From NCBI GenBank assembly GCA_964270895.1, contig OZ185445.1: a stretch of 64,000 nucleotides of DNA; one strand, written 5' to 3'. Positions 43,301-50,215 of the stretch are shown here, one piece after another. The notes under the pieces are model-generated. The model worked only from the letters and a program-made list of their open reading frames with translations, was not told the origin of the DNA and ran no database searches. This DNA comes from Podarcis filfolensis (taxonomy: Eukaryota). Position numbers and translations under genes: made by a program. Numbering within the stretch: the stretch's first letter is position 1; every line of letters begins with the position of its first letter.

Positions 43301-46300
43301 AAGGAAGCCATCATCTGATGAAGAGAGTGAGAGTGAAAGTAACAGTGAAAGTGACAGCGACAGTGAGGAGGAAGTTCACAAACCCCGAAAGTTGCGAAAA
43401 CGTGCAGAGTCTGATTCAGATACTGATGAAGAGAATGATATAAATGCTGTCATGAAATGTTTGCCAGACAATTCAGCTCCTCTCATTGAATTTGCAAATG
43501 TTTCCCAGGGCATATTGTTGCTGTTGATGCTAAAACAGCATTTGAAGAACCTCTGTGGATTTTCTGACAGGTGAGGAGCATTCAAGTTTTGCTTACTTTA
43601 TCTCAGGAGTGGGGAAGTTTTTCAGTTTGCATTCTTCTGCGAGCAACTTCTAGGGTGTGCATGGCAGTGATGGGTGGGGCTGGAAGCAAACTTGGAGCAA
43701 GAGATGTGACTCTTACAATAGGCTACATTCCAGCCATGCGAAAGTCAGATCTTTCCTCTTGTACACCCAGCCCATCTCTCCAACCTTTATTCAGGCAAGC
43801 AAGAACTATTATCACAGTTCAGGTGCATTTTAGCCAAGCAAAAGCTCTCAAGGAAGGCATGCAGTAAGGCTGGCGAGGAGTGTGGCTGAGGAGAGGCCTG
43901 GGGACTGGAAGGCCACATTTTGCTGGTGGGCTTGAGGTTTCCTACATCTGTTTTATCTGATCATTCCCTGTGATCACATTATTGAGGTTTTGTTACGGAT
44001 TGAACTCAAAACTTGGGTGAATTCTGCATAATGCAGATGCATCTAGCAAAACCTAGTGCCATAATGTTTGTTTTATATAACACTAAGAATTTTGACCTAA
44101 GGGACTCAGAAGAATTGCTTATGGATTCTACTTTCAAAGGATGTGGGGAAATCTTACTAACTTCAAGCATTCGTTTTGTTTTCTTGATAACAGTAAAATT
44201 CAGAAATACTCTCCCTCTGAATCGGCAAAAGTATACGATAAAACAATAAACAGGAAGGCAGGAATTCATTTCCATCCAAAACAGACGCTAGACTTCCTTC
44301 GAAGTGATATGGCTCATTCCAAGCTCACAGATGAAGTGAAGAGGAATATAGTCAAACAGTACTTAGATGTAAGTATTGAGAGCCTGCACAATTTTACTGC
44401 CTATCAACTTCATTATAAAAACGCTTGAACTCTGTTCTGAAATACTTTTAAGTTTTTGTTATTTAGAAGGTGAAATATGAAGAGCAGTGGCTGCAGGCTG
44501 AAATTGTTTTTTTTCTTCAGAGGTGAGGAATGGAGTATGCTGACTTCTTCCACTGCAAGTTGCCCTCTTCAGTTTGCTTGCTGAAGAAATGTGTATCTAA
44601 TGCACAGAATTAGGCAAATTAGAGGCTGTTGGATGAGCTGCAGGTTGCATCATTTTTTCATTGACAGTGCAATGTCATTGGGTTGGGCTGTCACAGTGAG
44701 CTTGAGATGGTCCATGCAAATGTAGGCTCAAGCTACATGTGACATCACAGAATTTGCCACTGAGCACAAGCTTTTGCTTTCACACATTACCAACATACCC
44801 TAGTGTGCTGTTGTCCCGATCTGGGTTGGGGGGGCCCCATGCCTTCAATCTGCATTATGGGCTGCAGGGGAGTCTCTGTTCGTTCAACTGGGAGCTTTTT
44901 ACCTAATGCAAATTTCATGCATGGGCCTGGCCCAGAAATGGACCACAGAGCAGGCAAAGAGTCAAAAGACTCCCTCTTGGGTTTGAGTTGGTGTGCTAGC
45001 AAAATTTCCCCACAATTGCCAAAAGTTAACATTGAGGCTCTAATATGTACGAGATCTAAAACCTTGCCCCCTTAAGGCCTATTAAGGAAAGAGAACAGTC
45101 CTTGCTTTCTCCAAGAAAAGATGTGTCACATGCTACTAAATTGATAGTGTACTCCGCAAATTGTCTTAAGGTTACTCCCATAAGGCTTGCGCACCACCTT
45201 CCTTCCTTTTTTTCTTTTCTGTTTTCATAACTCATTTTAAGGTGGCGCCTAATCTTCTTTCCAATATCCTTTCTTAGTTCAAACTTCTCATGGAACACTT
45301 GGATCCTGATGAAGAAGAGGAAGATGGAGAAGTGTCAGCTAGCACAAATGCTCGCAACAAAGCTATTACCTCGCTGCTCGGAGGAGGCAGCCCTAAAAAC
45401 AATGCAGCTGAGACAGAGGATGATGAGAGTGATGGGGAGGATAGAGGAGGAGGCACTTCAGGGGTGAGGCGGAGGAGGAGTCAACGTATTTCGCAGCGTA
45501 TTACGTAAAATGATTTTATGTGCTTATAAATGTCAGTCTATAATAAAATGTACACTGAGTAATGTAATCAATATGGAAAAAAAACCATTTTGTAGATAGA
45601 AATTCTTAACCGTTTATACACCTTTTTGTAGAAAGTTCTAACAAAAACAATAAAAAACATAGAAGAGATTTTATCTAGCATAAAGTTTAATTTTCCTTTG
45701 GAATGTACTGTGTGTATCCTTTTTATTGTTGCCAAGTTTTTATGTAGCTTTATGATTCATTTGTACATATAATTTTATATATCAATAAGAGTTAAAAGAC
45801 ACGGGTACAATTTAATATGTGATTTTGCAAGGATGTTAACCCCTTGGCGCTGGCGGTCGCGGTGCGTCTCATTGCCGGCAATGGAATGTGTGCCGGGAAA
45901 TCCCAACTCCCGGCGTCAAGGGATTAAAAGCAATAAAAGCAATAANNNNNNNNNNNNNNNNNNNNNNNNNNNNNNNNNNNNNNNNNNNNNNNNNNNNNNN
46001 NNNNNNNNNNNNNNNNNNNNNNNNNNNNNNNNNNNNNNNNNNNNNNNNNNNNNNNNNNNNNNNNNNNNNNNNNNNNNNNNNNNNNNNNNNNNNNNNNNNN
46101 NNNNNNNNNNNNNNNNNNNNNNNNNNNNNNNNNNNNNNNNNNNNNNNNNNNNNNNNNNNNNNNNNNNNNNNNNNNNNNNNNNNNNNNNNNNNNNNNNNNN
46201 NNNNNNNNNNNNNNNNNNNNNNNNNNNNNNNNNNNNNNNNNNNNNNNNNNNNNNNNNNNNNNNNNNNNNNNNNNNNNNNNNNNNNNNNNNNNNNNNNNNN

Positions 46301-46368
46301 NNNNNNNNNNNNNNNNNNNNNNNACTTTACGATCGTTGTATGCCGCCAAGGATGGAACTTCCAGCTAA
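5877..46368 (+). CDS. NIPBL: NIPBL (Nipped-B-like cohesin loader) gene span, 5'-partial: exons ~10-47; upstream exons lie outside the window
   Basis: 38 exons spliced by hand give one frame with hallmark peptides (PETPKQK repeats, KPVVVLQKL, HEAT-repeat region, LYAAKDGTSS*); exon lengths mostly match recalled human exons (183,72,90,104,87,232,152,81,101,139...). Confidence 0.98.
10241..10423 (+). CDS. NIPBL: NIPBL exon 11 (183 nt)
   Basis: gatag|GTAGCATAGAT...GAAA|gtaagt; GSIDQSVLKELPPELLAEIES...KPKYAEISSDDDND. Confidence 0.97.
10859..11010. repeat. Perfect palindrome (73-bp arms, 6-nt spacer), Penelope-like element remnant
   Basis: 10859-10931 is the exact reverse complement of 10938-11010; CCAGTAGCACCTTAAAGACCAAC...CACACTTCTTCAGATAC resembles recalled squamate Penelope termini. 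Confidence 0.85.
11067..11202. mobile_element. hAT-type MITE (136 bp)
   Basis: TIRs ...CATAGGCAAACTCGGC / GCCGAGTTTGCCTATG...; perfect 8-bp TSD ACTTAGAC at 11059-11066 and 11203-11210. Confidence 0.88.
12705..12908 (+). CDS. NIPBL: NIPBL exon 12 (204 nt)
   Basis: ctag|CTTCTCGG...GAGG|gtaatt; SRKRHKKDREDDKAWQYEE...YSPPPSLSE. Confidence 0.96.
13723..13794 (+). CDS. NIPBL: NIPBL exon 13 (72 nt)
   Basis: taag|TGGCTAGA...GAAG|gtaagg; VARKMKKREKQKKRKAYEPKLTPE. Confidence 0.96.
13900..13989 (+). CDS. NIPBL: NIPBL exon 14 (90 nt)
   Basis: attag|AAATGATG...TTTG|gtaaat; EMMDSSTFKRFSASVENILDNLEDMDYTAF. Confidence 0.96.
15230..15333 (+). CDS. NIPBL: NIPBL exon 15 (104 nt)
   Basis: ctttag|GTGATGAT...GACAGG|gtaagt; GDDDEIPQEFLLGKHQLSELGSESAKIKAMGIMDR. 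Confidence 0.96.
15984..16070 (+). CDS. NIPBL: NIPBL exon 16 (87 nt)
   Basis: ttttag|CTTTCAAC...AACCAT|gtaagt; LSTEKTVKVLNILEKNIQDGSKLSTLLNH. Confidence 0.96.
17286..17471. mobile_element. hAT (Charlie-like) MITE
   Basis: TIRs CAGGGGTAGTCAACC / GGTTGACAACCCCTG; 8-bp TSD GCCTAGAG/GCCTAAAG. Confidence 0.85.
18194..18425 (+). CDS. NIPBL: NIPBL exon 17 (232 nt)
   Basis: ctacag|AATAATGAC...CATGGTG|gttagt; NNDTEDEERLWRDLIMERVTKSADAC...YRLDPHG. Confidence 0.96.
18501..18570 (-). mobile_element. L2-like LINE 3' tail fragment with (CCT)n
   Basis: Reverse complement of the GAGTGGCTGGGGAAACCCAGCCAGATGGGC tail also seen at ~63800-63830. Confidence 0.75.
18930..19170 (-). mobile_element. CR1-like LINE/SINE 3' fragment
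   Basis: AGAACAT...GCTGGAACAGACCAGTGGTTCATCTCGTCCAGCATCCTG; related copy in opposite orientation at ~61215-61350. Confidence 0.6.
19527..19757 (+). mobile_element. Tc1/mariner (Tigger/pogo-like) MITE, 231 bp
   Basis: TIRs CAGTGGTAC... / ...GTACCACTG; TA TSD. Confidence 0.88.
19875..20026 (+). CDS. NIPBL: NIPBL exon 18 (152 nt)
   Basis: actag|GTGGTGTA...CTTCAG|gtaagt; GGVLSSKAKRAKCSTHKQRVIVMLYNK...DTTILQ. Confidence 0.96.
20460..20540 (+). CDS. NIPBL: NIPBL exon 19 (81 nt)
   Basis: aatag|GTTTCTTC...ACTGCA|gtaagc; VSSMGITPFFVENVSELQLCAIKLVTA. Confidence 0.96.
21091..21517. mobile_element. Tc1/mariner-type non-autonomous DNA transposon
   Basis: Imperfect TIRs CTGTATTTTTCCATGTATAA / TTATACACAAAAAAGTACGG; TA on both flanks; GC-rich core. 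Confidence 0.8.
21855..21955 (+). CDS. NIPBL: NIPBL exon 20 (101 nt)
   Basis: ttcag|GTCTTCTC...TTCAG|gtaatg; VFSRYEKHRQLILEEIFTSLARLPTSKRSLRNFR. Confidence 0.96.
23187..23325 (+). CDS. NIPBL: NIPBL exon 21 (139 nt)
   Basis: caacag|ACTGAAC...AAGAAG|gtgaaa; LNSSDTDGEPMYIQMVTALVLQLIQCVVHLP. Confidence 0.96.
23687..24192. mobile_element. Tc1/mariner-type non-autonomous DNA transposon
   Basis: GCGTATTTACCGAGTCTAATGC ... GCGTTAGGTTCAAGTAAATACAG; TA flanks; internal repeats AATCTAATG.GCACC and TTATATTC. Confidence 0.78.
24332..24414 (+). CDS. NIPBL: NIPBL exon 22 (83 nt)
   Basis: tttcag|GTGGACC...AAGAA|gtgagt; VDQDVLITNSYETAMRTAQNFLSIFLK. Confidence 0.96.
25415..25547 (+). CDS. NIPBL: NIPBL exon 23 (133 nt)
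   Basis: aacag|ATGTGG...CTGTTG|gtaaga; CGSKQGEEDYRPLFENFVQDLLSTVNKPEWPAAELLLSLLGRLL. Confidence 0.96.
26133..26276 (+). CDS. NIPBL: NIPBL exon 24 (144 nt)
   Basis: cttag|GTCCATC...AAACAG|gtttga; VHQFSNKSTEMALRVASLDYLGTVAARLRKD. Confidence 0.96.
26839..26928 (+). CDS. NIPBL: NIPBL exon 25 (90 nt)
   Basis: ttacag|GTCTCAG...CTAGTG|gtatgt; VSGGDDEIQQLQKALLDYLEENTETDASLV. Confidence 0.96.
28692..28906 (+). CDS. NIPBL: NIPBL exon 26 (215 nt)
   Basis: caccag|TTTTCTCGG...TTAAG|gtgagt; FSRKFYIAQWFRDTTMETEKAMK. Confidence 0.96.
29023..29125 (+). CDS. NIPBL: NIPBL exon 27 (103 nt)
   Basis: ttacag|GATGAAT...ACACAG|gtaaac; MNSDTVDYEDACLIVRYLASMRPFAQSFDIYLTQ. Confidence 0.96.
30692..30790 (+). CDS. NIPBL: NIPBL exon 28 (99 nt)
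   Basis: attag|ATTCTG...GCCAGG|gtaaac; ILRVLGENAIAVRTKAMKCLSEVVAVDPSILAR. Confidence 0.96.
30892..31038 (+). CDS. NIPBL: NIPBL exon 29 (147 nt)
   Basis: ttatag|CTTGAC...ATACTG|gtatgg; LDMQRGVHGRLMDNSTSVREAAVELLGRF. Confidence 0.96.
31388..31522 (+). CDS. NIPBL: NIPBL exon 30 (135 nt)
   Basis: cttcag|GATACT...ATTAAG|gtacag; DTGISVRKRVIKILRDICIEQP. Confidence 0.96.
31932..32030 (+). CDS. NIPBL: NIPBL exon 31 (99 nt)
   Basis: ttccag|AAACTG...GATGTG|gtatga; KLVNETFQKLWFTPTPHNDKEAMTRKILNITDV. Confidence 0.96.
32369..32600 (-). mobile_element. Tc1/mariner MITE, same family as 19527-19757, opposite orientation
   Basis: TIRs CAGTGGTACC / GGTACTACTG; TA TSD; reverse complement aligns by eye to the 19527 copy. 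Confidence 0.88.
32911..33279 (+). mobile_element. Sauria SINE
   Basis: tRNA-like head, GCAGTTC.GAAGCAC...GATAAATAGGTACC core, CCTTTACCTTT tail; paralogue at 49870. Confidence 0.9.
33355..33408 (+). CDS. NIPBL: NIPBL exon 32 (54 nt)
   Basis: tcttag|GTCGCA...CAAAAT|gtaagt; VAACRDTGYDWFEQLLQN. Confidence 0.96.
33797..33905 (+). CDS. NIPBL: NIPBL exon 33 (109 nt)
   Basis: ttgtag|TTGCTA...GGCAG|gtaaaa; LLKSEEDASYKPVKKACTQLVDNLVEHILKYEESLA. Confidence 0.96.
35003..35139 (+). CDS. NIPBL: NIPBL exon 34 (137 nt)
   Basis: tttcag|ATTCCG...TGCAGT|gtaagt; DSDNKGVNSSCLVACITTLFLFSKIRPQLMVKH. Confidence 0.96.
36027..36167 (+). CDS. NIPBL: NIPBL exon 35 (141 nt)
   Basis: ctgtag|AGTCAA...ATGACA|gtaagg; SQNDFMVICNVAKILELVVPLMEHPSETFL. 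Confidence 0.96.
36485..36578 (+). CDS. NIPBL: NIPBL exon 36 (94 nt)
   Basis: ttctag|GTAGTG...ACTATG|gtaagt; VVQHCVSCLGAVVNKVTQNYKFVWACFNRYY. Confidence 0.96.
36678..36832 (+). CDS. NIPBL: NIPBL exon 37 (155 nt)
   Basis: ttgcag|GTGCAC...AGCAAG|gtaaac; GALSKLKSQHQEDPNS...RHFDFDQEDFKGNSK. Confidence 0.96.
37001..37091 (+). CDS. NIPBL: NIPBL exon 38 (91 nt)
   Basis: aaatag|GTTAAC...GTCTAG|gtaaga; VNIKDKVLELLMYFTKHSDEEVQTKAIIGL. Confidence 0.96.
37926..38099 (+). CDS. NIPBL: NIPBL exon 39 (174 nt)
   Basis: tttcag|GCTTTG...GAGAAT|gtgagt; GFAFIQHPGLMFEQEVKTLYNSILSDK. Confidence 0.96.
39400..39590 (+). CDS. NIPBL: NIPBL exon 40 (191 nt)
   Basis: tcatag|GGAAAA...GTTCAG|gtatgc; WKKVAKQEDLKEMGDISSGMSSSIMQLYLKQVLEAFF. 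Confidence 0.96.
40111..40218 (+). CDS. NIPBL: NIPBL exon 41 (108 nt)
   Basis: tttcag|TGTGTG...ATTCAT|gtatgt; CVPYLIAMGTDPEPSMRNKADQQLVEIDKKYAGFIH. Confidence 0.96.
40865..41065 (+). CDS. NIPBL: NIPBL exon 42 (201 nt)
   Basis: cttcag|ATGAAA...ACAGCT|gtgagt; MKAVAGMKMSYQVQQAIN...LFDDTA. Confidence 0.96.
41250..41379. mobile_element. hAT-type MITE related to 11067-11202
   Basis: CAGCCGTCCCCAA / TTGGGGGAGGCTG ends; CCCTCCAGATGTTTT...GACTACAA.TCCCATCAT core; degenerate TSD. Confidence 0.8.
42123..42269 (+). CDS. NIPBL: NIPBL exon 43 (147 nt)
   Basis: ccacag|AAAACG...AAGGAG|gtaagt; KTEVNQLLYIADNLACFPYQTQEEPLFIMHHIDI. Confidence 0.96.
43278..43570 (+). CDS. NIPBL: NIPBL exon 44 (293 nt)
   Basis: tttcag|TCTATG...TGACAG|gtgagg; acidic Ser/Glu/Asp tract then MKCLPDNSAPLIEFANVSQGILLLLMLKQHLKNLCGFSD. 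Confidence 0.96.
44194..44368 (+). CDS. NIPBL: NIPBL exon 45 (175 nt)
   Basis: taacag|TAAAAT...TTAGAT|gtaagt; KIQKYSPSESAKVYDK...FHPKQTLDFL. Confidence 0.96.
45278..45463 (+). CDS. NIPBL: NIPBL exon 46 (186 nt, spliced to exon 47 in isoform A)
   Basis: tcttag|TTCAAA...TCAGGG|gtgagg; FKLLMEHLDPDEEEEDGEV...GGGTSG. Confidence 0.95.
45464..45508 (+). CDS. NIPBL: NIPBL isoform B C-terminal extension (read-through of the exon 46 donor)
   Basis: In-frame VRRRRSQRISQRIT-TAA, matching the recalled human isoform B tail. Confidence 0.92.
   Translation: MRRRRSQRISQRIT
45509..45945 (+). promoter_or_regulatory. NIPBL isoform B 3'UTR with poly(A) signals
   Basis: AU-rich; AATAAA at 45542-45547 and 45932-45937; Pumilio-type TGTACATA at 45762-45769. 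Confidence 0.7.
45836..45927 (+). other. TTAA-flanked inverted-repeat element / predicted RNA multi-hairpin (piggyBac-MITE-like)
   Basis: 18-nt arms TTAACCCCTTGGCGCTGG / CCGGCGTCAAGGGATTAA (2 G-U, 1 mismatch); internal perfect palindrome CATTGCCGGCAATG at 45870-45883. Confidence 0.65.
45946..46323. other. N-gap, 378 nt (covers most of NIPBL exon 47)
   Basis: Run of n. Confidence 0.99.
46324..46368 (+). CDS. NIPBL: NIPBL exon 47 visible 3' end (isoform A C-terminus); the rest lies in the N-gap
   Basis: ACT TTA CGA TCG TTG TAT GCC GCC AAG GAT GGA ACT TCC AGC TAA = TLRSLYAAKDGTSS*. Confidence 0.93.
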   Translation, partial: TLRSLYAAKDGTSS

Positions 46369-46630
46369 TGCATTTGTACATGCAGCCAAATTTTACAGGA
46401 AATGAAATAACAGAAAAAAACTTGAAATATCAACTTTCTGGCAAAAAAAAAATCATTTTAATGAAGAGTAAGAATGACACCTGGGATGCAGGAAACAGAA
46501 GGAAATGTTTGGTAAACATTTTTGTGGGAGCTTCCTTCGCTGTTGTGCAGCAGAAACTTCTCAGTTCATTTTTACTCCCACTGTATAATAGTTTAACAAA
46601 AATTGTTTATATCTTGAAAAAAAACCTTTC

Positions 46631-46910
46631 NNNNNNNNNNNNNNNNNNNNNNNNNNNNNNNNNNNNNNNNNNNNNNNNNNNNNNNNNNNNNNNNNNNNNN
46701 NNNNNNNNNNNNNNNNNNNNNNNNNNNNNNNNNNNNNNNNNNNNNNNNNNNNNNNNNNNNNNNNNNNNNNNNNNNNNNNNNNNNNNNNNNNNNNNNNNNN
46801 NNNNNNNNNNNNNNNNNNNNNNNNNNNNNNNNNNNNNNNNNNNNNNNNNNNNNNNNNNNNNNNNNNNNNNNNNNNNNNNNNNNNNNNNNNNNNNNNNNNN
46901 NNNNNNNNNN
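46631..46910. other. N-gap, 280 nt (NIPBL 3'UTR)
   Basis: Run of n. Confidence 0.99.
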
Positions 46911-46947
46911 AAGGGATCCCCAGCAAATCTGGTGGAACGAATACTGC

Positions 46948-46953
46948 AATAAA
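46948..46953 (+). promoter_or_regulatory. Candidate poly(A) signal in the NIPBL isoform A 3'UTR
   Basis: AATAAA followed by T-rich/GT-rich sequence, ~580 nt after the isoform A stop. Confidence 0.5.
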
Positions 46954-47162
46954 TTTTTTTACTTCTCTTTGTTACTTGTCTGTTTCCATTTGAATTTCTT
47001 ATTGTAAAGATCTGTTTAAATCCATTTATATTATTTTGCAGTCTTTTATGTAAAATTTACTATATCAGTGGTTTTCAAAGCAAGACATAAATATTGTTTA
47101 TACAGTTTGTATAGGCTGACTTCTGAATAATTGGTATCTTTTATTTTTATCCCTTAAAAGGG

Positions 47163-47302
47163 NNNNNNNNNNNNNNNNNNNNNNNNNNNNNNNNNNNNNN
47201 NNNNNNNNNNNNNNNNNNNNNNNNNNNNNNNNNNNNNNNNNNNNNNNNNNNNNNNNNNNNNNNNNNNNNNNNNNNNNNNNNNNNNNNNNNNNNNNNNNNN
47301 NN
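47163..47302. other. N-gap, 140 nt (NIPBL 3' end region)
   Basis: Run of n. Confidence 0.99.
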
Positions 47303-49444
47303 TTCAATTTCTTTCTAATGCTGTCTATATAGCAATGTTCAAAATTTGAGTGGGGGTGGGAACAGCCATCACACTCGCCTGAGAAACTAGCAATGGATAT
47401 ATTTCACTTGGTTAGGACATCAGGAGATCAGACTGCTCTTGACCAGGAACAATGTATGTGACCCAAGACCACCACCTGTGCATTAGGATCCTATTGTTGG
47501 ATATATTTTTATGTGAACCAGAAAATCCTAGCTGCACTAGTGGTATTTTCACTTAACTGAATTACAGTCATAGGGTGCAAATATCAGAGGAGTAAATATG
47601 GATTTGTAACTGATTAATTGTGCTAATATGCTCATAAGTTATTCTCTAAAAGTTAGGGGTCAGAACAGTTGGTTGTATTGTAGTTACTTGAATTTCTTTT
47701 CACCTTTTACTACTTAAAACTCTGGAGTGGTTGCTTCAATATATCTCATCACCAGGTTTAAAAGCAGCTTGACTTTCTGGATAGTAGTCTCTCCCCCCCC
47801 CCCCCATATTAACATACGGAGAAGAAATTAATAGCATCCAAATAATTAGCAGAGAACTACTTTAAGGTCTTTGTTTTCAAGTTTGTATAAAAGTGGATGT
47901 TCATCAAACAGTTTTGGGATGCATTTATCTTATTCTGCAAAATTGGATATATGGTGGGGTGGGATTTTTATTACATCTGTTTACAGAACTCTAGTGTGCT
48001 ACTTGATCTGTTAGGAACAGCAGAATAATATTCAAATCCTACATTTTCTTATACAGAATTCAAGAATTAAACTAACATGATCATCAGAATCTATTTAATA
48101 ATTTTCTATGAAATAATTTTCATTTCCTCCAATTTGTTTTCTGTTGTACTGCAGTTTAGTGCTAATTTAGTCTTTTAAGTTGGGAAAGCAAATGTTATAC
48201 TTAGTCACTTAATGGGTTTCTTTTACTTGTTCTTTATAAAACCATGCTGACGGTTAGTAAGTCAAATTTACCCTCTAGGTCTGCTTTCCCCAACCCTAGT
48301 GCCTTCTAGATGCTTTGGTTTACAGTTTTTGAGTTTTAGATGGAAGTTGCAGTGCAAAACCTATAGAGGGATCAACATTGGGGAAGGCTTCTCTCTAGGT
48401 GCTTACAAATTGGTTTTATTACTTCCTTATTACTTTATTACTTATTCCAATACCTTCCTGGCTAGAATTAATATCTTAGTGGTTAAACTTTGTTTCTCTG
48501 GAATACAATTTAACAGCAAAAAATGTCTGAAATTTCATGATAATATATTCCCATTGCTAATTAAGCTTGTTCCTTGCAGCAACTGTTCCAGGATATTTTG
48601 AGTTTACACAGAACTGATTCAAAGTTGTTTACTGTGTTTCCAGCACAAGCTCCTAAGGGGAGCAGGTATTGATAATGGTGAGTGGATTATATGTTGAGTC
48701 TTGCTTCTGGAGGGGCATCAAGAATTGCAATAAATTCAACCTACTCCTTTTACGTATACAAACAAAACTGTTGAATAAGAAAATATGGATGTTTGATATC
48801 TTTATACAGTCTGAATCTTGCAATCTCTGACCATTGATGAGCACTTGACAAGAGAAATCAATCTTTGGATAATTTGATAAGGACAGCAATACTATTTTCA
48901 GGAATGGTGCCTTGGAACTGGGCAGAGCAAAGGGTATTCCTCCCTTCTGAGTTAAAGTTTACTTTTTAATTAAATGTTGGCTTGTGTTTTTCTTCAAATA
49001 TACCCCTTCAGCCTCCAGGTAATTTCTGCAAAGATAGCAAGTACCACTGGAGGCAAGCAGCAATTCTGTACAGGGTTATTTGCTTTGGGATGCCACCTGA
49101 GTACACCTCACAGGTAAGAATGTGAGTCCAACAGACACTCTTAAACTCTTAGCTTAGATGATTTATAACATGAATAGGAAAACATGTTGCCCTCCAGATA
49201 TTGTCGAGACTCCAGCTCTCATCAACACCAGCTAGCATGGCCAATAGGGATTGTGGGAGTTGTTGTCAAGCACACACGGTTTCTAACTTGTTGCCCTCTA
49301 TATATTGCTGAACATCCCTCTATTAATCTGGATTTTCTTTTTAAGAATGTTGTTTCAAAGATCAAGTTCCAACTCTTTGTTATTCAGAATTCCCTCTTTC
49401 GGGACTTCCTGCCTCACAGCCTATAATCCCATTTTAAATGTAAA

Positions 49445-49580
49445 CAGGTGGCACAATGGCTCTTAACCCGAAGGCTGGTGGCCTGAGCCCACCCAGGGAC
49501 AGCTGTGGGCAGGATTCCTGCATTGACCGGGGGGGTTGGACTAGATGACCCTCCATGGTCCCTTCCAACTCTATACTTCT
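49445..49580 (+). mobile_element. Short SINE with CR1-type 3' tail
   Basis: GGGTTGGACTAGATGACC...GGTCCCTTCCAACTCT; matching tail in reverse at ~54771-54834. Confidence 0.7.
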
Positions 49581-49869
49581 AGGAGATTGTGTTGCATATA
49601 CTGTAGGGTATATAGAGGTGAAATGAGATCCAAGGGAAGACAGATTGCCCAGATGAGGATAGATGCACTTTTATAAGACCACCACCACCACCTCTTGTGC
49701 TAAAGTTTTGTTTGTGTGGTATTGCGACCTAAATTTTACTTCCCATTCTACCAATTTCTGTCTCAGATGTAATTCTTCCACATCTGCCCTTCTAATGGAG
49801 TAAGGTACAATCGGTGTTGTGCCTTGTATTCACAGTACAGTGGACTGTAGGAACTAGTATTTTGTAAAT

Positions 49870-50215
49870 GGGCACGGGATGCGTGGGTTAAACTGCAGAG
49901 CATAGGGCTTGTCGATCAGAAGGTCGGCGGTTTGAATCCCTGCTGACAGGGTGAGTTCCCGTTGTTTGGTCCCTGCTCCTGCCAACCTAGCAGTTCGAAA
50001 GCACGTGAAAGTGCAAGTAGATAAATAGGTACCACTCTGGTGGGAAGGTAAACGGCGTTTCCGTGCGCTGCTCTGGTTCGCCAGAAGTGGCTTAGTCATG
50101 CTGGCCACATGACCCAGAAGCTGTACGCCGGCTCCCTCAGCCAGTAAAGTGAGATGAGCACCACAACCCCAGAGTCGGTCACGACTGGACCTAATGGTCA
50201 GGGGTCCCTTTACCT
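49870..50215 (+). mobile_element. Sauria SINE (near full length) between NIPBL and CPLANE1
   Basis: GATCAGAAGGTCGGCGGTTTGAATCCC head, GCAGTTCGAAAGCACG core, GGGGTCCCTTTACCT tail. Confidence 0.92.

Noticed and set aside
45833-47307. Long ORFs (up to 354 aa) in the ORF track
   Set aside because: Artefacts of translating through N-runs
49870-49945. tRNA-like box sequence
   Set aside because: Head of a Sauria SINE, not a tRNA gene
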